Assembly (NCBI GenBank): GCA_051294375.1
Contig: JBJCIZ010000239.1
Coordinates: forward strand, 5,227,210-5,291,209
Origin: Paraspadella gotoi
Lineage: Eukaryota; Animalia; Chaetognatha
Direction of reading: 5' to 3'
Length of the DNA: 64,000 nucleotides
A program made the translations under genes and the position numbers. The notes under the pieces are model-generated. The model was not told where the DNA came from. It worked only from the letters and a program-made list of their open reading frames with translations, and did not search any database. Shown one piece after another: positions 59,015-64,000 of this stretch (position 1 is its first letter; every line of letters begins with the position of its first letter).

Positions 59015-60929
59015 GTGAGAAAATGGGATGGGGACGTTTGGTTACTTACCCAAGTGGACCTTTTTGGACCCTTTTGGTTCCAGTCCGGTGTCGTCGTTTG
59101 TCTGTCTGTCGTCTGTACCACTTACTTTAAAAAATGCATAAGAATTTACTATAGCCGGTTCTCTCATTTTTGTATAATAGACAGAGAAAACCTCAAATCT
59201 AAGGGACTGCTAGCGACGGCCTTCAGGAAATTCCTAAACTATAAAGAATAAAAGATGTAATTTTGAGCAGTGTCTATGTGATAAATACACGGGGGCTAAA
59301 AAAGTGTTTTGTAGTCATGTCATGTCACGTCACTTATCATGTGATCTAGGGAAATTCACGTGAACATAAAAGTCACTGCATCGAGAAGCACATCGGGGAA
59401 GTGCCGGTTACGGTAATTAGGTTATATTTTTCTAGTTGATTCATCAATTATTATTATATTATTATATAATAGTATAATATTTGAGGGGTAGATTTTTTTT
59501 TAATGTCTAAAAATGGCAGCATCCGATACAAAAATTATCCATTTCATTTAATAAATAAAGGCTATCTTGCCCCCCCGACTTTGGACGGGCTTTGGTCGTT
59601 TAGAGGCCTTCCATCACTTCTTACAAGATAATTATTATATGCAGGTCCCTGCGAGCTTTCCAATCAAGACTTCTACTGTTTTTGTAAGAGAGCAAAAGGG
59701 TTCCAAACTCTCTTGTGATTTCATCTATAGTTCCTTCCTTATATTCTTTACCTTTTTGTGTATTGTGTATGTTGTCATTTCAGATGTCCTTTCCTTTCTT
59801 TGCTATATTATTGCTTTCTTTGTCTTCTCTTTCTTTCTTTGTTCTTCTTTCTTTCTTTCTTTCTTTCTTTGCTTTCTTTCTTTCTTTCTTTCCTTTCTTT
59901 TCTTTCTTCTTTCTTTCTTTCTTTCCTTCTTTCCATCGCCTCATCAAACCTCAAGCGTTGCCTAATGTGTTCGTGCGCCTATAAACACCAATGATCACCG
60001 CAGTACAGAAGTCTGCTTCTCTCTCTCTCTCCCTTCACTCTCGTCTCCTCTCTCTCCTCTCTGTCTCTATCTCTCTGCCGTCCTCTCTCTGCGACTATGA
60101 ACATAAACGAAAAGTCGATAATGCGAGCGCGCCGGCCGTCGCAGGTCTCGCGTTAGTCAGGGGCAACGGGTCGGGAGGGTTCGACCTGCGTACGCGAATG
60201 TGGGGTTGCAGACCCTGGGGGACCTTCGGGATGGGGTCTGTTAGTTTAAACTTTAAACTTCAGCAGTTAACGAATTTCGTTACTGTTAAACAAAAACAAT
60301 TGTGTCTCTTTTTTATTTTTTTTAATAAATTTAAAATATAGCATTATTAATAAGTCTGGTTCACTTACGGGGTTTTTGAATATGTCCGAATTACACTTCA
60401 GATCAAAAAGGCAGGAGGATGGAGGAGAGAGAGAGAGGAGAGAGAGAGAAGAGAAGGAAGAGAGAGAGAGGAGGGAGAGAGAGAGAGAGATGAAAGATCA
60501 TCGCCCTGAAAGGAAATTTAAACAAAAATATTCTCCCTCACATTTCTCTTTGCTGAAGAAGTAAAGGAAAAACGCTCTACGGTTTGTATTAAGCGTTAAT
60601 AAGCGTGTTGTAACGTTAAATCTTAAAAATATAGAAACGTTTTTAGTTAACATAGAATCGTTAAAACCGAAGCGAATTACTTTAGCTAAAAGAGTTTTCG
60701 CCATGCTGAAGAGCAAAAGCTAATAGAATTTTAAAAATCGTTAAATATGTATTATTTGATTGAACAGTTCGATTCTATGAACATAGCTTCGTGGGCGATA
60801 TTTATTAACAATTTTTTAACGATTAGGATAAAGATATAAAAGGAAACATTAAAAATTTCCTCCGTGAAAAGAAATGAAACGAGAGAGAGAGAGAAGAGAG
60901 GAGAGAGAGAGAGAGAGAGAGAGGAGAGA

Positions 60930-61004
<75 letters not shown>

Positions 61005-61830
61005 AGACCTAATTGGCGTACGGATACTCACTGCTTNNNNNNNNNNNNNNNNNNNNNNNNNTCTCTCTCTCGTTTCATTTCTTTTCACGGGGGAAATTTT
61101 TAATGGTTCCTTTTATATCTTTATCCTAATCGTTAAAAAATTGTAATAATATCGCCCACGAAGCTATGTTCATAGAATCGAACTGTTCAATCAAAATAAT
61201 TAATATTTAACGATTTTAAAATTCTATTAGCTTTTGCTTCATGGCGAAACTCTTTTAGCTAAGGTAATTCGCTTCGGTTTTTAACGAGTTAACGTTTTAA
61301 AAACGTTTCTATATTTTTAACTTGATAACGGTTACTAACGTTATTAACGCTTATTACAAAACCGTAGAGCGTTTTTTTCCTTTTACTTCTTCAGCAAAGA
61401 GAAATGTGAGGGAGAATATTTTTGTTTAAATTTCCTTTCAGGGCGATGATTTCATCTTTTTAATAAATTAAAAAATATTAATGATCTGGGTACCTAACTG
61501 GGTTTTTGAATATTCGNNNNNNNNNNNNNNNNNNNNNNNNNNNNNNNNNNNNNNNNNNNNNNNNNNNNNNNNNNNNNNNNNNNNGGAGGGAGAGAGAGAC
61601 GAGAGAGAGAGCCAGAGAGGGATGACAAAAAAAATAGCAATTTGGTTTTGTGGTTTCAACTAGAACGAAATTCTTAACTCTGAGTTTTAAAGTTTAAACT
61701 AACAGACCCTATCCCGAGGTCCCCCAGGGTCTCAACCCGCATTCGATACGCAGGTCTGAACCCTCCCACCCGTTGCTCGCCTAACGAGGCGACCCGGGCG
61801 CTCGCTTTATCGTTTCGTTTATGTTCATAG

Positions 61831-61887
<57 letters not shown>

Positions 61888-61971
61888 CTGTACTGCGGTG
61901 ATCATGGTGTTTATGAGGCGCACGAATCACATTAGGCAACGTTGAGGTTTGATGAGGGATGGAAAGAAGGA

Positions 61972-62051
<80 letters not shown>

Positions 62052-62809
62052 AATAATATAGAAAGAAAGGAAAGACAATGAATGACAACATCCAAAACAA
62101 AAAGGTAAAAATATAAGGAAGGAACTTTAGATGAAACCAAGAATGAGATTGAGTTTTTAGGACCATTTTGCTCTCTTACAAAAACAGTAGAGTCTTGATT
62201 GGAAGCTCGCAGGGACCTGCTATATAATTATCTTGTAAGAGTGATGGAGGCCTTAAACGACCAAAGCCCGTCCAAAGTCGGGGGCAAGATAGCTTATTTA
62301 TTAAATGAATGGATAATTTTATATCGGATGCTCCATTTTTGAGACATTAAAAAAAAACTCTACCCTCAATATATATATTATATAATATATATAATATATG
62401 ATATTCAACTAGAAAAATTAACCTTAATTCCGAACGGCACTTCCCATGTGTTTCGATGCAGTGACTTTATTTTCACGTGAATTTCCCTTAGATCACATGA
62501 TATGACGTGACATGACATGACTAAAAACACTTTTTTAGCCCGTGTATTTATGACATGCACTGCATCAAAATTACATCTTTTATTCTTTATAGTTTTAGGA
62601 ATTCCTGAAGGCGTCGCTAGCAGTCCCTTAGATTTGAGGTTTTTCTTCTGTCTTAACAAATGAGCAACCGGCTATAGGTAAATTTTATGCATTTTTAAAG
62701 TAAGTGGAACAGACCGACAGACAGACATACCGACGGACCGACGGACCAAAAAGGGTCAAAAAGGACCACTTGGGTAAGTAAAACCAAACTCCCCATCCCA
62801 TTTCCTCAC

Positions 62810-62951
62810 CCAAAGCCGACGTCGCCTCGTCCAGCAGCAGCACCTTCGGATTCCTTATCAACGCCCTGGCGATTGCCACTCGTCTGCTTTTTGTCCGCCG
62901 GACAATTGAGCCGCTCTCTTCCCACGTCGGGTCTTCGTAGCCGAGGGAAGC
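62810..62951 (-). CDS. ABCB/MDR transporter penultimate exon (signature motif + Walker B); contains apparent indel errors
   Basis: GTCCAG|G...TTG G|GTGAGG. Segments read LP.GYE..VG....[30 protein letters not shown]. The 5' half has small frameshifts. The phase-1 end joins the 55882 exon to give SALDNESE. Confidence 0.88.
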
Positions 62952-63237
62952 CTGGACGGGGTGGCGTTGGGAGGTGAGAATTAAGGGTGGAGTGGCGGAG
63001 GAGAGTAGGAGGAGCGAGGAGGGGTAGTTAGGTTTGGGGTAGATCGAAGAAATGTTTGGCTGATGAAAAATGGATAAGTTTGTAGAGGTCGGTCTTTCTC
63101 GATTCTCTCTTTCTTTTCGTTCATTCCTTTTTGGTCTGTCTTTTTTCTGTCCTTTTTCTCTATTTTTCTGTCTTTTTTCTCATCTCTTTCTCACATTTTT
63201 TTTCATTCTTTCTATCTTTGTATTTTTTCCTTCAATT

Positions 63238-63309
<72 letters not shown>

Positions 63310-63372
63310 AACTTCTTCCTTACTTTCTCTCCCTCTCTCTCTCCCCCTCCCTCTCCCACTCCCCAACCAGAC

Positions 63373-63523
63373 CCGATATGAATTCGTGAATGTTCGCTTG
63401 ACGCGCCGCTTCCACGATGGCGGCGCTGTGGGCGTGACCGGCGTCGTTTTCGTCCTCGGCGTCGTTCGACTCTAATCCGTAGGAAATGTTCTCCGCAATG
63501 GAACAGTCGAAAAGAACCGGTTC
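63373..63523 (-). CDS. ABCB/MDR transporter exon following the Q-loop of NBD2
   Basis: CCCCTAG|GAA CCG...TCG G|GTCTGG, 151 nt, open frame. EPVLFDCSIAENISYGLESNDAEDENDAGHAHSAAIVEAARQANIHEFIS; EPVLFDCSIAENI.YG and ANIH.FI are typical of the C-terminal NBD of full-length P-glycoproteins. Confidence 0.92.
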
Positions 63524-63770
63524 CTAGGGGAAAAAACAATGTTTTAATTTAAAATAATAAAAATTCCGATTTTGATTATTAAAATTATCAAAAATAATAA
63601 AATGTTAAAAAGAAAAAAAATAGAAAAACAAAAGAAACAAAAGAAAAAAAATTAAAAGTCAAAAATGAATTAAGCTTCGTAGAAATGTGAGCAAAAGAGA
63701 TTGAGTGGATTAAAAGCGCCATCTGGGGTACGAATTTTAAAAACTGATGAGAAAAAAGGGGATTCGACTG

Positions 63771-63892
<122 letters not shown>

Positions 63893-64000
63893 TCCAAAGG
63901 GAAACCAGATGAAAAGTAAAACGACGTGAGCCTCTTTTTTACTTCTAATAAAAACCAATATAAATGCGATTACTTGGGATTATTCCTGACGCCAACTCTT

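Noticed and set aside
60120-60245. GC-rich segment with GGGTTCGA B-box-like word suggesting a tRNA or SINE
   Set aside because: No cloverleaf or A box could be built, and the mirrored copy (~61700-61805) reads GGGTTCAGA, so the motif is not even consistent between copies.

Overview
Eukaryotic (metazoan, probably invertebrate) genomic DNA from a gappy draft assembly, saturated with (AG)n, (AAAG)n, (GAC)n and (ATCA)n microsatellites. Almost all ORFs in the supplied track are microsatellite or N-gap artefacts. Reading for spliced exons reveals two real genes. (1) A KIF26/kinesin-11-family gene on the + strand, with seven phase-consistent motor-domain exons at 3453-3674, 15799-15892, 48353-48550, 49072-49269, 49681-49761, 50682-50783 and 51437-51593. 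A ~32 kb intron splits the P-loop, and the switch I/II motifs are degenerate. (2) The last three exons (NBD2) of an ABCB/P-glycoprotein-type transporter on the - strand at 63523-63373, 62951-62810 and 55882-55668. These appear to lie inside the unfinished KIF26 locus. Each gene also has an inverted, indel-riddled copy of its own exons inside one of its introns (arms of ~5.9 kb and ~3 kb), and each pair of arms encloses an exactly 25-N gap. These are most likely long-read gap-filling artefacts, but would be large intragenic hairpins if real. A direct duplication at 9.5-13.5 kb shows both the filled and the empty site of a ~1.8 kb TIR element (TAGA...TCTA ends, CTATAA flanks). I found no convincing novel biological system; the best leads are this insertion, the nested ABCB gene, the degenerate motor and the fold-backs.
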